A stretch of 64,000 nucleotides of DNA from Calditrichia bacterium (GTDB taxonomy: Bacteria > Calditrichota > Calditrichia > RBG-13-44-9 > J075): contig JBOEGD010000011.1 in the NCBI GenBank assembly GCA_050633245.1, positions 288,001-352,000 of the forward strand, given 5' to 3'. This document shows, one piece after another, positions 39,258 to 48,971 of the stretch. The notes under the pieces were generated by a model, which saw only the letters and a list, made by a program, of their open reading frames with translations, made no database searches and was not told the DNA's origin. The first letter of the stretch is position 1, and each line of letters starts with the position of its first letter. A program made the translations under genes and the position numbers.

Positions 39258-40176
39258 ACAGGTCGAAAAATTGCTGCAGAGATGCTACAAGAGCTTCCGG
39301 GCATTCCCTGGCTGGAATGTGGCCCGCCGAGGGGAGTAAGATAAAGCGTGACGATATCGCAGCCTTGCGCGCATTTTCCGGGAAGAAAAGTCGATCTTTG
39401 TCTGTCTGAATAACAGCAAGTTTTTTGCTTAGTTTTTGCAGCTCACCAGTCAAGTTTAAATTACAATAATTGAATCGGATTTCGTCCTGAACGAAGCGTT
39501 TCCAAATGAGATGATGGCCTACGAGCCTAACGGATTCTCGGGCATCTTCCACCATTTGTCTGGATATACAGGAACGCTTTTCCACTAACTCTCCCAGAGC
39601 CAGTTTCATAACGAGCGATGAGCGGACCAATATTGCGCGCAGTAGCTTGTTTATAAAGGGCACTTTTGATGTCAAATATGCTAATTTTTGCCGCTTGATC
39701 TCGTCTGCTATTCCATACGAATTGATAACCGCAACTTTATGAAAAGCTTTTGGATCTGTTAAGGCAGCAAGTATGGCAATTGCCCCACCCATTGAAAAAC
39801 CAGCAACGTGAACGCCCTCTAATTGATGCTGCTCGATAAACGCACATAAAAAACTGACCTGCGTGAGTAGTGTCGAATTCTCGTTTGTAAAACGCGAGTT
39901 CGACTGGATTAGTGATGATATGCGTTGAAGCCGCTCGGGGTTGCCTGCGTTTACATCTTCAATCGCTGGCCACTGACTGTATCCATATCCCGGAAAGTCC
40001 GGCGCATAAATACGATGGTCTTTACCAAGTTCTTTCAGTACATCTCGCCAGGAAAATTCTGAATAGTCGCTGCCGCCACCGTGCAATAAGAGCAAGGGGC
40101 TGCCGGAATTCCCCGCAGTTAAATATGAACATGTGCTACCAAAAATTTGGCACTCTTTTCTATGGAATACCGACAT
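39244..40176 (-). CDS. Alpha/beta fold hydrolase
   Basis: LLLHGGG, APDFPGYGYS, nucleophile elbow GFSMGG, D.LF, AGHIP. Confidence 0.9.
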   Translation of the reverse strand: MSVFHRKECQIFGSTCSYLTAGNSGSPLLLLHGGGSDYSEFSWRDVLKELGKDHRIYAPDFPGYGYSQWPAIEDVNAGNPERLQRISSLIQSNSRFTNENSTLLTQVSFLCAFIEQHQLEGVHVAGFSMGGAIAILAALTDPKAFHKVAVINSYGIADEIKRQKLAYLTSKVPFINKLLRAILVRSSLVMKLALGELVEKRSCISRQMVEDARESVRLVGHHLIWKRFVQDEIRFNYCNLNLTGELQKLSKKLAVIQTDKDRLFFPENARKAAISSRFILLPSAGHIPARECPEALVASLQQFFDLSKDF

Positions 40177-40178
40177 GC

Positions 40179-40622
40179 TTATCCGTTTTGATGGTTTGTT
40201 GTTTGAAGTAGTTCTGAATATGCATGGTGATATTTTTGAATCCGGGTTAAATCCTTATCCTTTATTCTGTTCAGGCGAAAGAGATTCATATTGTCTTGCA
40301 AATCTCCCATTTTCACTTCGACCGCGGTTGGTGATGTTTTTATGCGTTCAATATAGCTGGTGTATTCGGAACCGTCATCATGCGTCAATAGACTTACGGC
40401 TTCGATGACTGCTTCATCAAAGCCTTCATTTTTAAGCTGCTCGATTGTCCAGTCTGTATCTTCAACAACGTCGTGAAGAACTGCTGCTATTTGTGTGGTT
40501 TTTGACTTCATGTTGAGCATAATGCGCAGTGGATGCAGGATATACGCCTTGCCTGCTCTATCTGTTTGCCCGGCATGCGCCCCGGCAGCAATTTCAATTG
40601 CTCTATCTAGCGTAGACATCAT
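40179..40622 (-). CDS. Stand-alone HD-domain protein (small alarmone hydrolase / Mesh1-like)
   Basis: AHAGQTDRAGKAYILHP, AVLHDVVED, VKMGDLQDN; AAGGAG RBS. Confidence 0.88.
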   Translation of the reverse strand: MMSTLDRAIEIAAGAHAGQTDRAGKAYILHPLRIMLNMKSKTTQIAAVLHDVVEDTDWTIEQLKNEGFDEAVIEAVSLLTHDDGSEYTSYIERIKTSPTAVEVKMGDLQDNMNLFRLNRIKDKDLTRIQKYHHAYSELLQTTNHQNG

Positions 40623-40720
40623 TTTTCTCCTTTGTTATTTGGCAAAATATAGACAACAAATACTATCTAATCCTTTAGAATTTTCATCCCCCACTATTTT
40701 TTAATTATAGCAAATTTATC

Positions 40721-40749
40721 TTGAATCGTACATGAAGTGACTATATCTT
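40721..40749 (+). promoter_or_regulatory. Sigma70-type promoter for the CADD gene
   Basis: TTGAAT (40721-40726), 17-nt spacer, TATCTT (40744-40749). Confidence 0.55.
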
Positions 40750-40803
40750 CCGGCCTCGGTCAAATAAAATGCCCCGAATATTTAGTAATCTCAAGGAGAG
40801 AAC

Positions 40804-41508
40804 ATGAATAAGAACAACAACGAATTTATTGCCAGGCTCGATGCAACCATTGCAACGTATAGCTTGCTGAAACATCCCTTTTATCAATTGTGGAATATGG
40901 GTGAGCTGGACAAGCCAACTCTTGTTGAATACGCCAAGCAATATTATGCCCACGTTGAAGCATTTCCGGTTTATTTAAGTGCCGTTCATTCTCGCTGTGA
41001 AGATACATCTGCACGTCAACTGATTCTTGAGAATTTGATTGAAGAGGAATTTGGAGAAGAAAACCACCCGGAGTTGTGGCTGCGTTTTGCAGAAGGTGTC
41101 GGTGGAACACGTGAAGCTGTAAAAAGTGCAACTGTGCTGCCCGAAACCATACAGTCCGTCAATACCCTGAAGCGTCTTACATGCAGCGACAACTTTGCAG
41201 AAGGTATTGCAGCGCTTTATGCGTACGAATCTCAGGTGCCGGAAGTTGCTCGCAAAAAGCGTGAAGGCCTGAAAGAATTTTATGGTATCGAAGACGATCG
41301 CACAGTTTCATACTTTAGTGTGCATGAGGAAGCAGATATTGAACATAGCGATGCAGAACGTGAAATTTTGTTGCGTTATGCTACCGATTCATCAACTGAA
41401 GAACGTCTCTTGAATGCAGCAGAGGAATCTGCTAAAGCCATGTGGATGTTGTTAGATGGGATTTATGATAATCATGTTTCAGAATCTGCCAAGGCTTGCC
41501 TGAACTAA
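40804..41508 (+). CDS. CADD/CT610 family heme-oxygenase-like dimetal oxidase (putative pABA synthase)
   Basis: LLKHPFY, YAKQYY, ENLIEEE...NHPELW, LYAYESQ, KREGL, YFSVHEEADIEH. Confidence 0.9.
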   Translation: MNKNNNEFIARLDATIATYSLLKHPFYQLWNMGELDKPTLVEYAKQYYAHVEAFPVYLSAVHSRCEDTSARQLILENLIEEEFGEENHPELWLRFAEGVGGTREAVKSATVLPETIQSVNTLKRLTCSDNFAEGIAALYAYESQVPEVARKKREGLKEFYGIEDDRTVSYFSVHEEADIEHSDAEREILLRYATDSSTEERLLNAAEESAKAMWMLLDGIYDNHVSESAKACLN

Positions 41509-41535
41509 TTTTGATTTTCACACCTTATTTTGCCC

Positions 41536-41567
41536 GTCGGGAGAATTCTGTTCTCCCGGCTTAATTT
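41536..41567 (+). terminator. Intrinsic terminator after the CADD gene
   Basis: GTCGGGAGAA-TTCTG-TTCTCCCGGC followed by TTAATTT. Confidence 0.6.
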
Positions 41568-41586
41568 CTCCGGAGTTGAGAATCAT

Positions 41587-42393
41587 ATGCCCTTTACCTT
41601 TGCGCATCCGGCAGTTATTTTTCCGTTTTATAAACGATGGCGTATATTTAACTCTCTTTCCGCACTTACCATTGGAAGTATGGCTCCGGATATGAGCTAC
41701 TTCTTACCCTTTCACATTAGTCGCCATGCCACGCATTCTCCCGGCGCCTTACTGTGGTTTTGTCTGCCAGTCGGTCTAGCTGTCTATATAGTGTTTCATG
41801 TCTTCCTAAAACGCCCCATCTGGTTTTTGTTGCCGTCGAGTTTGCGGATACCTTTGCAGGACGTTGCGCTGCGAAATCGCACCTGGCACCTCAAGGAAAT
41901 TCTGCACATATCTATAGCTATTTTAGTTGGTGCGATTACTCATATTGGCTGGGATCTTTTTACCCATCGCTCCATCGTCACCGGAACGTATTTGCCCCTT
42001 CTGAATGAACCGGTTTTTAGCATGTTTGGGCGCCCATTTAGAGTTCACAATATATTGCAGCATGTAAGCACGGTATTTGGCTTTTTCGTTATTGGTTTCG
42101 TCGCAAAACAGTATTTGTCTTCCCGGATTTCGACCGGTAATGAACCCCTGAAATGGGCAAACTCCTTAAGACGTCGTCTCAGACAAGGACTACTTTTTGT
42201 TTCGGGCGGAACGGGGGTGTTCTTTGGTTTAGGGGCACTCGCTCATCCTTCTGCGTTTCGCAGCTTTACTTATTTTGTCCGCTATTTCGTTATCTCCGGC
42301 ATAAATGCCGCCATAGTTTGCCTGCTGTTAATGGGAATCACTTGGCTTCTGCTACAGCGCTTCGCAGGCAATGATAAATGGCATACTTCTTAG
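41587..42393 (+). CDS. DUF4184 family membrane protein
   Basis: MPFTFAHPA, GSMAPD, THS, THIGWDLFTH, LQHVST. Confidence 0.88.
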   Translation: MPFTFAHPAVIFPFYKRWRIFNSLSALTIGSMAPDMSYFLPFHISRHATHSPGALLWFCLPVGLAVYIVFHVFLKRPIWFLLPSSLRIPLQDVALRNRTWHLKEILHISIAILVGAITHIGWDLFTHRSIVTGTYLPLLNEPVFSMFGRPFRVHNILQHVSTVFGFFVIGFVAKQYLSSRISTGNEPLKWANSLRRRLRQGLLFVSGGTGVFFGLGALAHPSAFRSFTYFVRYFVISGINAAIVCLLLMGITWLLLQRFAGNDKWHTS

Positions 42394-42498
42394 CTCGAAT
42401 ATTGTGCATTCAAAAATCTATTCATTTCACGCTGGAAAATGTCTTATATTTTAGTGTCCCTCATGGAATGAGGTGCATAAACCTATTGGAGATTCTAT

Positions 42499-42912
42499 AT
42501 GTTCTTTCGTCTGCTGACTATTTTCGCTGTAATCCCGCTGATTGAGCTGTATTTGCTCATTGAGGTTGGTGGGCGAATTGGTGCGCTCAATACGATAGCC
42601 ATAATATTTATAACCGCTACTGCCGGAGCCTATCTAGCAAGAAAAGAGGGTTTTCAGGCTATTCAGGATATTAAACAGGCATTTAATAGCGGTAGGGTGC
42701 CAGCACAGGAACTGTTGCATGGCTTGTTCATAATGATTGGCGCATTTACACTTTTGACGCCTGGGTTTCTGACAGATTTGATGGGGTTAAGTATGCTGCT
42801 GCGTCCGATCAGGCAGGCATACGTTGCGCTTGCTCAAAAATACTTTGGTAATGTTATCCAATCTGGCGGGACACAAACCACGTCGTACCAGGACATAACT
42901 GAAAGGCCTTAA
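42499..42912 (+). CDS. fxsA: FxsA family membrane protein
   Basis: PLIELYLLIEVG, GAYLARKEG, LLTPGFLTDLMG. Confidence 0.9.
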   Translation: MFFRLLTIFAVIPLIELYLLIEVGGRIGALNTIAIIFITATAGAYLARKEGFQAIQDIKQAFNSGRVPAQELLHGLFIMIGAFTLLTPGFLTDLMGLSMLLRPIRQAYVALAQKYFGNVIQSGGTQTTSYQDITERP

Positions 42913-42914
42913 TT

Positions 42915-43742
42915 ATGGCAGTAGCGGAACAGGCCGGATTAGGCAGTTGGCGCGCTAAACTACATGAAATTATCTTTGAAGCGGATACTCCTGCTGGAAA
43001 AGCATTTGACATTACTCTTATCATCTCTATTCTCAGCAGTGTCGCTATCGTTATGTTGGAAAGCGTTGCCTCTATTCGCGCGGAACACGGGGAGTTAATC
43101 CGCGCGCTTGAATGGATGTTTACAATCCTTTTTACAATTGAATACGTCCTTCGATTGCTTTGCGTGCGTTCACCGCTTTCATACGCAAAAAGCTTCTATG
43201 GTCTGGTTGACGTTATTTCTATTATTCCTACCTATCTCAGCCTGTTTGTACCTGGTACGCAGTATCTCCTGGTTATTCGCACGTTGCGTATCTTACGCGT
43301 CTTTCGAGTTCTAAAGCTGGTCCAGTATATAAACGAGGCCGATACGCTTTCACGTGCATTAAAAGCCAGCAGGCGTAAGATATTTGTCTTCATTTATACC
43401 GTATGTATCCTGGCAATCATTGCAGGCTCTCTAATGTATATCATTGAGGGCGAAGAGAATGGATTTACGAGTATACCAGTTGGAATTTACTGGGCGATTG
43501 TAACGGTAACGACGGTTGGATTTGGTGATATTACACCAAGCACCAATCTCGGTCAGATGTTGTCGGTCATTTTAATGATTCTTGGCTACGGTATTATTGC
43601 GGTTCCAACCGGGATTGTAACCAGCGAGTTGTCACGTGGTGAACAGGATGGAAAGCCCAATACCCGCTGCTGCAGAACCTGTACATTAGAGGGGCATGAT
43701 AATGATGCTGTTCATTGTAAGAGGTGTGGCGGATTGCTCTAA
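42915..43742 (+). CDS. Voltage-gated-type potassium channel (ion transporter) with C-terminal Cys cluster
   Basis: S4 RTLRILRVFRVLKL; pore YWAIVTVTTVGFGD; C-terminal CRTC...HCKRC. Confidence 0.92.
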   Translation: MAVAEQAGLGSWRAKLHEIIFEADTPAGKAFDITLIISILSSVAIVMLESVASIRAEHGELIRALEWMFTILFTIEYVLRLLCVRSPLSYAKSFYGLVDVISIIPTYLSLFVPGTQYLLVIRTLRILRVFRVLKLVQYINEADTLSRALKASRRKIFVFIYTVCILAIIAGSLMYIIEGEENGFTSIPVGIYWAIVTVTTVGFGDITPSTNLGQMLSVILMILGYGIIAVPTGIVTSELSRGEQDGKPNTRCCRTCTLEGHDNDAVHCKRCGGLL

Positions 43743-43951
43743 GTCGCGGAGGCAGGGGAGGATCCTTTTTTTTTGTTTGGCTCTATTGTATAACCAAGCC
43801 TGGTATGTATTTTATACTTGTCGGCAGAAATAAATTCCAGGCATCCCGGGCAGGAAAAAACTCTTTTGCGCCGCTGCATGCTATCCAGCGAAACTTCGAT
43901 ACCACATTCCGGACAAATAACCTCTCCAGGTAAATACGATCGAGAATCCAT
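43739..43951 (-). CDS. Small zinc-ribbon protein (about 70 aa)
   Basis: ATG at 43951 with GGAG 8 nt upstream; CPEC-x17-CPGC; fills an otherwise empty gap and overlaps the channel stop by 4 nt. Confidence 0.6.
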   Translation of the reverse strand: MDSRSYLPGEVICPECGIEVSLDSMQRRKRVFSCPGCLEFISADKYKIHTRLGYTIEPNKKKGSSPASAT

Positions 43952-44064
43952 ACTTCTTCTCCCAAAAAGTGGGGCACAAGATATCACTATTCAACACTAA
44001 AATGACATTGAATGCCTATGATTTAGAGGCAGCCACGCAAAACTATCTACAAGGGGGAGCGGTA

Positions 44065-44093
44065 TAAAAGTGGTCGCTATTGAACCACTTTTA
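44065..44093 (-). terminator. Inverted repeat, probable terminator of the beta-barrel gene
   Basis: TAAAAGTGGT-N9-ACCACTTTTA perfect 10-bp inverted repeat. Confidence 0.55.
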
Positions 44094-44161
44094 GTCATTA
44101 GAAACTTGCATCTGGAATCTACCCGGGTTATTAAGCTGTATCACATCGTTTCACATTGCCT

Positions 44162-46000
44162 TTATAATTTTATTGAAAAAGAAAGTCTGAGACTACGATA
44201 AAAATTGGCGTCAATAATCTCGTCTGAATCGTTATTGCCAAGAAAACCCAGGAGATCAACTTGAAGATTGTCGGTGGGTTGATAACCAAGACCATAGAAA
44301 AATCGGGTCGTGGTGCGAATAGTTTCCAGACGTCTTCTGTTGGAATCGAATTCATTGTCAAAGACCTGGGTTACGATGTTGCCGTCAGCAAACTGAGTGA
44401 CAGTCGTTCGCGGGTCAGCCAACTCTATACGAAAAGACTCGATGTTCTCGGACTTTATATATTCAAATAAGCTTCCAAAGCGCAGTTTCCACTTTTCATT
44501 TTTAGTAAACGCATATTCTATCCCAACCGGCAATTGAACTTTTGTAGTACGTTCCTCAACTGTGCGAGCAGCTTCAGTCTCTTGCATCGTAACACTGCTG
44601 AAGTCATTGGCCAGCGAATTATCCTGAAGCGTAAAATCCCTTGTGTTGTTCTGTAACTCCATCAGCTCACTATTCTGATCTAAATCACCAATATCGAGCA
44701 CGACTCCTGTTCCAAAATAAACTTTGTTACCGAGTGGCGCATTTACTCGCAGACCGATACGAAAATGGTTGTAAACGGCTTCGCCTTCGTCAGAACTTGT
44801 GAAGTGTGTTAGTGCATTGTTTGAAAAATCCAGCCCGAGTGTGTCTAGCCCATCAAACTGTATGTCTTGAAATGCGAGTGTATTCTCAGAAGTTGCGGAG
44901 TAATCTAAAAGGAGACGCTGCCAATCGATAAAAATACGAAAAAAGCCGTCATTACGGCGTTCTCGCGCGCGATCGAAGACTTTGTGTAGACTTGCCCCTA
45001 AGGAGCCTCCTGAGCCGTCATAGGCAATTTTGGACTTTACGGTACTAATTTCAGAAAAGACGTCTTCAAAATCAGGGATAGCGTTGTTAAAAAGATCCAG
45101 TGTTCCTTTATAGCTATCGCTGCGTGACTGCGTAAAACGTTCATTTAGCAATCCACCGTCGAGTCTTAGTTCAACGCGTTTCAGTCCACGCATATTAAAG
45201 GGGGTCATAAAAGATAGATTGAACTGATTCGACGATTCTTCTCCCGTATTTAGGAAATCACCATCTTCCTGCTGCTTTTGAATAACATTGTTTGTCAACA
45301 GGTCAGTTATCGTAAGATCCAGATTAAATGTCGGATCGCCGGGAAAAGTACCGACCAATGCAGAGTTCCCGGTGCCGTAAAACCCGCCGGCTCCGCCAAA
45401 TCCGGATTCTTGTTTTAAGCGAGAATAGCGGAAGCCAAGCGTAGCGCCGCTTTTAAATCCGATTGCGTTGTTAATGAGCAGTGCATTGCCATTGTTGGCT
45501 GTTTCGCTGATTTTACGCTGATCAATAAGTCGCTGAATATCGAAAAGGCCATCGCCATTCGTATCCAGAAAGGCATTATAGGTATTGCGAAACTCACCGG
45601 ATCCGCCAATGTCGGGTATACCGTTAAGATCCTGGTCAATAAACAATGCGTTTCCGCTCTTGCTGTTGCGATAGCGAAAGAGCACTGATGTCCACCAGTC
45701 GAAAACTGTCCAGTTTTGCCAGGAGGCGCCAATCAAGAGCTCGTTATCGCTGAAGTCGTTAAAGACCTCTTCCTCTGAAGAGGTTAAATTGCTCAGATTT
45801 GTATAGAGTCTGATTTTGTCGACAAAGCGAAGGTCTATGGGGTCATAAACGAGATCAAGATCGTCATTAACTGCGCCGGCTAAGGCCTGACTGCGGAATG
45901 AAGCAGGATTTGAAGTGGAAATGCTTTCAAAGCTTTGGGCAATGAGTGAACTGGACAGAAAGGCAAAGAGCATCAGTCGAATAAACATAATTCCTCGCAA
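44162..46000 (-). CDS. Putative outer-membrane beta-barrel protein (FadL/PorV-like plug) with Ca-binding-type loops
   Basis: Signal peptide ending LIA-QS; SFRSQALAG...DD...YDP; alternating strands (LPVGIEY, LRFGS, FYGLGYQ, LSFSIKL); DQDLNG and DTNGDG loops. Confidence 0.7.
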   Translation of the reverse strand: MRGIMFIRLMLFAFLSSSLIAQSFESISTSNPASFRSQALAGAVNDDLDLVYDPIDLRFVDKIRLYTNLSNLTSSEEEVFNDFSDNELLIGASWQNWTVFDWWTSVLFRYRNSKSGNALFIDQDLNGIPDIGGSGEFRNTYNAFLDTNGDGLFDIQRLIDQRKISETANNGNALLINNAIGFKSGATLGFRYSRLKQESGFGGAGGFYGTGNSALVGTFPGDPTFNLDLTITDLLTNNVIQKQQEDGDFLNTGEESSNQFNLSFMTPFNMRGLKRVELRLDGGLLNERFTQSRSDSYKGTLDLFNNAIPDFEDVFSEISTVKSKIAYDGSGGSLGASLHKVFDRARERRNDGFFRIFIDWQRLLLDYSATSENTLAFQDIQFDGLDTLGLDFSNNALTHFTSSDEGEAVYNHFRIGLRVNAPLGNKVYFGTGVVLDIGDLDQNSELMELQNNTRDFTLQDNSLANDFSSVTMQETEAARTVEERTTKVQLPVGIEYAFTKNEKWKLRFGSLFEYIKSENIESFRIELADPRTTVTQFADGNIVTQVFDNEFDSNRRRLETIRTTTRFFYGLGYQPTDNLQVDLLGFLGNNDSDEIIDANFYRSLRLSFSIKL

Positions 46001-46104
46001 TGAGACAACGATTGTAGTGTGGTTAATTCAGCGGGAGTAATCCCACTGAATGCGGTTGCTAAAAGATATAAAAAAATGAGGTGAAGTAGAAGAGAAATCC
46101 TGCT

Positions 46105-47379
46105 TTATCCGAGCGCGTTCCAGGCTCTTCTTGCTATGTCTCGACGATATTGCATGCCGTCGAAGTGAATGCGGGAAATGGCAGCATAGATGCGGTTTGT
46201 TGCTTCAATCAGAATGCGCGATGTAGACACAACTGCCATTACCCGACCACCATTGGTCATATAGATGTCGTCCACTTTCTTAGTGCCGGCGTGAAAGACA
46301 GTGAGTTGAGCTGGCAATTCATTTAACCCGCTAATGGCCTTGCCTTTTTCGTAATATTCCGGGTACCCTCCCGAAGCGAGAACAACTGCAACGGCATATT
46401 CATCTGAAATGGTGACTTCTATATCGCCAAGATTTCCGTCAACTACGGCTTTGATGATGCGTACGAGGTCTGACTGCAGCAGGGTGAGCACAACCTGCGT
46501 TTCCGGATCTCCGAAACGACAATTGAATTCGACAACTTTTGGTCCGGCTTCAGTCAGCATCAATCCAACATAAAGCACACCTTTGTAAGAGATACCGTCT
46601 TCGCGAAGCGCGCCAAGCATCGGCTCGATAATTGTATCAACTACCTGTTTGTGAAGGTCATCTGTCAAAAATGGCGTCGGGGCATAACTTCCCATTCCAC
46701 CGGTGTTTTTGCCCTTGTCATTTTCGTCGGCTCTCTTAAAATCCTGGGCAGGGGAGAGGGTGATATAATCATTCCCATCGGTAATAACAAAAATACTTAC
46801 TTCTTCACCGGTCATCATTTCTTCAATGACAACGCGGCTTCCAGCCTGCTTGAATATCTTTTGCGTCATTAGGCCATCAACAGCCTGGTTTGCAGTCTCT
46901 ATATTTGGGCAGACAATGACTCCTTTGCCAGCTGCTAATCCGTCCGCCTTTACTACAACCGGACGCTCTGAAAGATCGTTGAGATAATCGTGGGCGTCGG
47001 AAGACTGATCGAACGCTCTAAATTCAGCCGTCGGGATATTGTGTTTAGCCATAAATTCTTTTGCGAATGTCTTACTGCCTTCCAGCTGGGCACCTTGCTT
47101 TGAGGGGCCAAATATTGCAAGCCCTTCGGCTTCGAAATAGTCGACAATGCCTTCCACCAGCGGTTGCTCTGGACCAACGATAGTCATGTCAATCTCGTTT
47201 TTCCGCACAAAGTCTGTCAGGCCGGCAAAATCAGTCAGCGGCAGTGAATGACACTCCGCCATATCGGCGATTCCGCCATTACCCGGTATACAGTAAATTT
47301 TCTCGGCATGCTTGCTTTGCGACATTTTCCAGACCAAAGCATGCTCTCTGCCACCACTTCCGAGAACAAGTAAATTCAT
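46105..47379 (-). CDS. purD: Phosphoribosylamine--glycine ligase
   Basis: LGSGGREHAL, VGPEQPL, LEGSK, KADGLAAGKGV, NTGGMG, EFNCRFGDPETQ, TNGGRV. Confidence 0.98.
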   Translation of the reverse strand: MNLLVLGSGGREHALVWKMSQSKHAEKIYCIPGNGGIADMAECHSLPLTDFAGLTDFVRKNEIDMTIVGPEQPLVEGIVDYFEAEGLAIFGPSKQGAQLEGSKTFAKEFMAKHNIPTAEFRAFDQSSDAHDYLNDLSERPVVVKADGLAAGKGVIVCPNIETANQAVDGLMTQKIFKQAGSRVVIEEMMTGEEVSIFVITDGNDYITLSPAQDFKRADENDKGKNTGGMGSYAPTPFLTDDLHKQVVDTIIEPMLGALREDGISYKGVLYVGLMLTEAGPKVVEFNCRFGDPETQVVLTLLQSDLVRIIKAVVDGNLGDIEVTISDEYAVAVVLASGGYPEYYEKGKAISGLNELPAQLTVFHAGTKKVDDIYMTNGGRVMAVVSTSRILIEATNRIYAAISRIHFDGMQYRRDIARRAWNALG

Positions 47380-47387
47380 CTTTTTTC

Positions 47388-48971
47388 CTATGCCTTTTTA
47401 GTGCGTTTTTCTTTTTTCTTTAGCAGAAAGCGTTCTCTTGAAATAATTATTCGAGTATATTCTTCTTCCAGCTTATGAGCATTGTCGAGCATCTTTTTGG
47501 CCAACTCAAATTCATTTAATTGTCGGAGACAGCGATTGTAATTAATGTAAATCCAGGATCGGCGAAACTCATCCTTCATTTTACCAATATTCTTACGCAT
47601 AGCCCCATAAACAGTCTCGGCCTTGCTGTAGCGACGTCCATAGTAATGATTCTGCGCAATTAGATCCTGTACTAACAGCTCGAAATCCGGATTGTTAGAA
47701 CGTTCACCTGCTGCAATTCGTGCGGCCAGTTCATCAGCGAGCTCTGCGCTTTTCTTGAACTCGCGGCTAAACAGATTGTTGCGCGCCTCGTGCCAGGTCT
47801 TCGTCAGATCATCCATTGGATGTCTTTGCGGCATTTGCGATACATAATACCAATATTTAGCCTGCTTTTCTTTGCGAATTTTTCGATAGAAAGACAGTGC
47901 TGTCGTTCGCTCCATTCTCAGGTCCGCCAAATGACCCTTGTAATAATTAATTGCCGCCTCATAATACAACGACTTTCGTGTTTCCAACGATAGAAGCACA
48001 TCAAGAAGAGAGTCTGCAGATTGAAACTTGTTTAAATCATAACTAGCAATGGCCATGTTGTAATATTTTGCATTGGTTAATAAGGGGAGTGTCTCTACAT
48101 AATCTTTGTCAAAGCTTTCACAGTACTCAATACAGCGCTGCATAAAGCCGGTTCGCCTGTAGTGATAGGCAAGCATAATTGCAAAGCCGTGGTTATCGGC
48201 ATAGCGCTTATAAAGACTCTTAAAGCCACGAACTGAGGCGGCTTTGTCTCCTTCCAGAAAATACCGAATGCTGTAATAAACAAACTCCGCTTCAAACTTA
48301 AAGTGCTTCCCATTGTCTCGAGTGCGCTCGATCTCCCTGATGCCTCGTGTTTTATCTCCTTGAAAACCAAGTACACCGGCAAGGAACTTTACAACTCCAG
48401 GCAGCAGATCGGCATAGTAATGAAAGATTCCAAGACCAACATAGGCATCATTATACTCTGCATCATGCTTTATTGTGTCGTTTAGGTTGTTTTTTGCCTT
48501 GCGTCCATACCAGTATGCGCGAACATAATTGTACTGCGCGACATGATAGATTCCTCGAAGTCCATTGGCAATACCGAGATAAAAATGACCATCAGCTTTA
48601 TTCTCGGAACGCTTGATATAGCTTTCTGCAATTTTAACAGCATAATCGACCTGAGTATTGAGGGCTGTCGCAAGAGAGTCGGTCTGCTTATCCATAGCAA
48701 AGCGAATTGTCGTCATAAATGCTTCATAGATAAAGCCGTGAGGATATTCTGGATATTCAGATTGAATCTTATCGAAAGAAATGGCTGCAGCGTCCATGCG
48801 CAAATTATAAAAGTGATTTTTTCCATCTAGCAACATCGAATCCAGCTTGGCGGGCAGCACGGCTTGACCGAAGACTACAGAGAGGGGAGAGAATAATAAA
48901 ATGAATAACGCGACGGCAAGCCTTATGCGGTTGCGTACGAGAGTGATAAAGTAAAAGTTAGCGTCCTGCAT
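47388..48971 (-). CDS. Exported TPR-like helical protein
   Basis: N-terminal hydrophobic segment; ADGHFYLG, DAYVGLGIFHYY, GFQGDK..GI; start codon uncertain. Confidence 0.75.
   Translation of the reverse strand: MQDANFYFITLVRNRIRLAVALFILLFSPLSVVFGQAVLPAKLDSMLLDGKNHFYNLRMDAAAISFDKIQSEYPEYPHGFIYEAFMTTIRFAMDKQTDSLATALNTQVDYAVKIAESYIKRSENKADGHFYLGIANGLRGIYHVAQYNYVRAYWYGRKAKNNLNDTIKHDAEYNDAYVGLGIFHYYADLLPGVVKFLAGVLGFQGDKTRGIREIERTRDNGKHFKFEAEFVYYSIRYFLEGDKAASVRGFKSLYKRYADNHGFAIMLAYHYRRTGFMQRCIEYCESFDKDYVETLPLLTNAKYYNMAIASYDLNKFQSADSLLDVLLSLETRKSLYYEAAINYYKGHLADLRMERTTALSFYRKIRKEKQAKYWYYVSQMPQRHPMDDLTKTWHEARNNLFSREFKKSAELADELAARIAAGERSNNPDFELLVQDLIAQNHYYGRRYSKAETVYGAMRKNIGKMKDEFRRSWIYINYNRCLRQLNEFELAKKMLDNAHKLEEEYTRIIISRERFLLKKKEKRTKKA

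Noticed and set aside
38544-46000. Mixed-orientation accessory genes as a genomic island, prophage or defence locus
   Set aside because: No integrase, transposase, att repeats, phage genes or recognisable defence domains, and no obvious compositional shift by eye.
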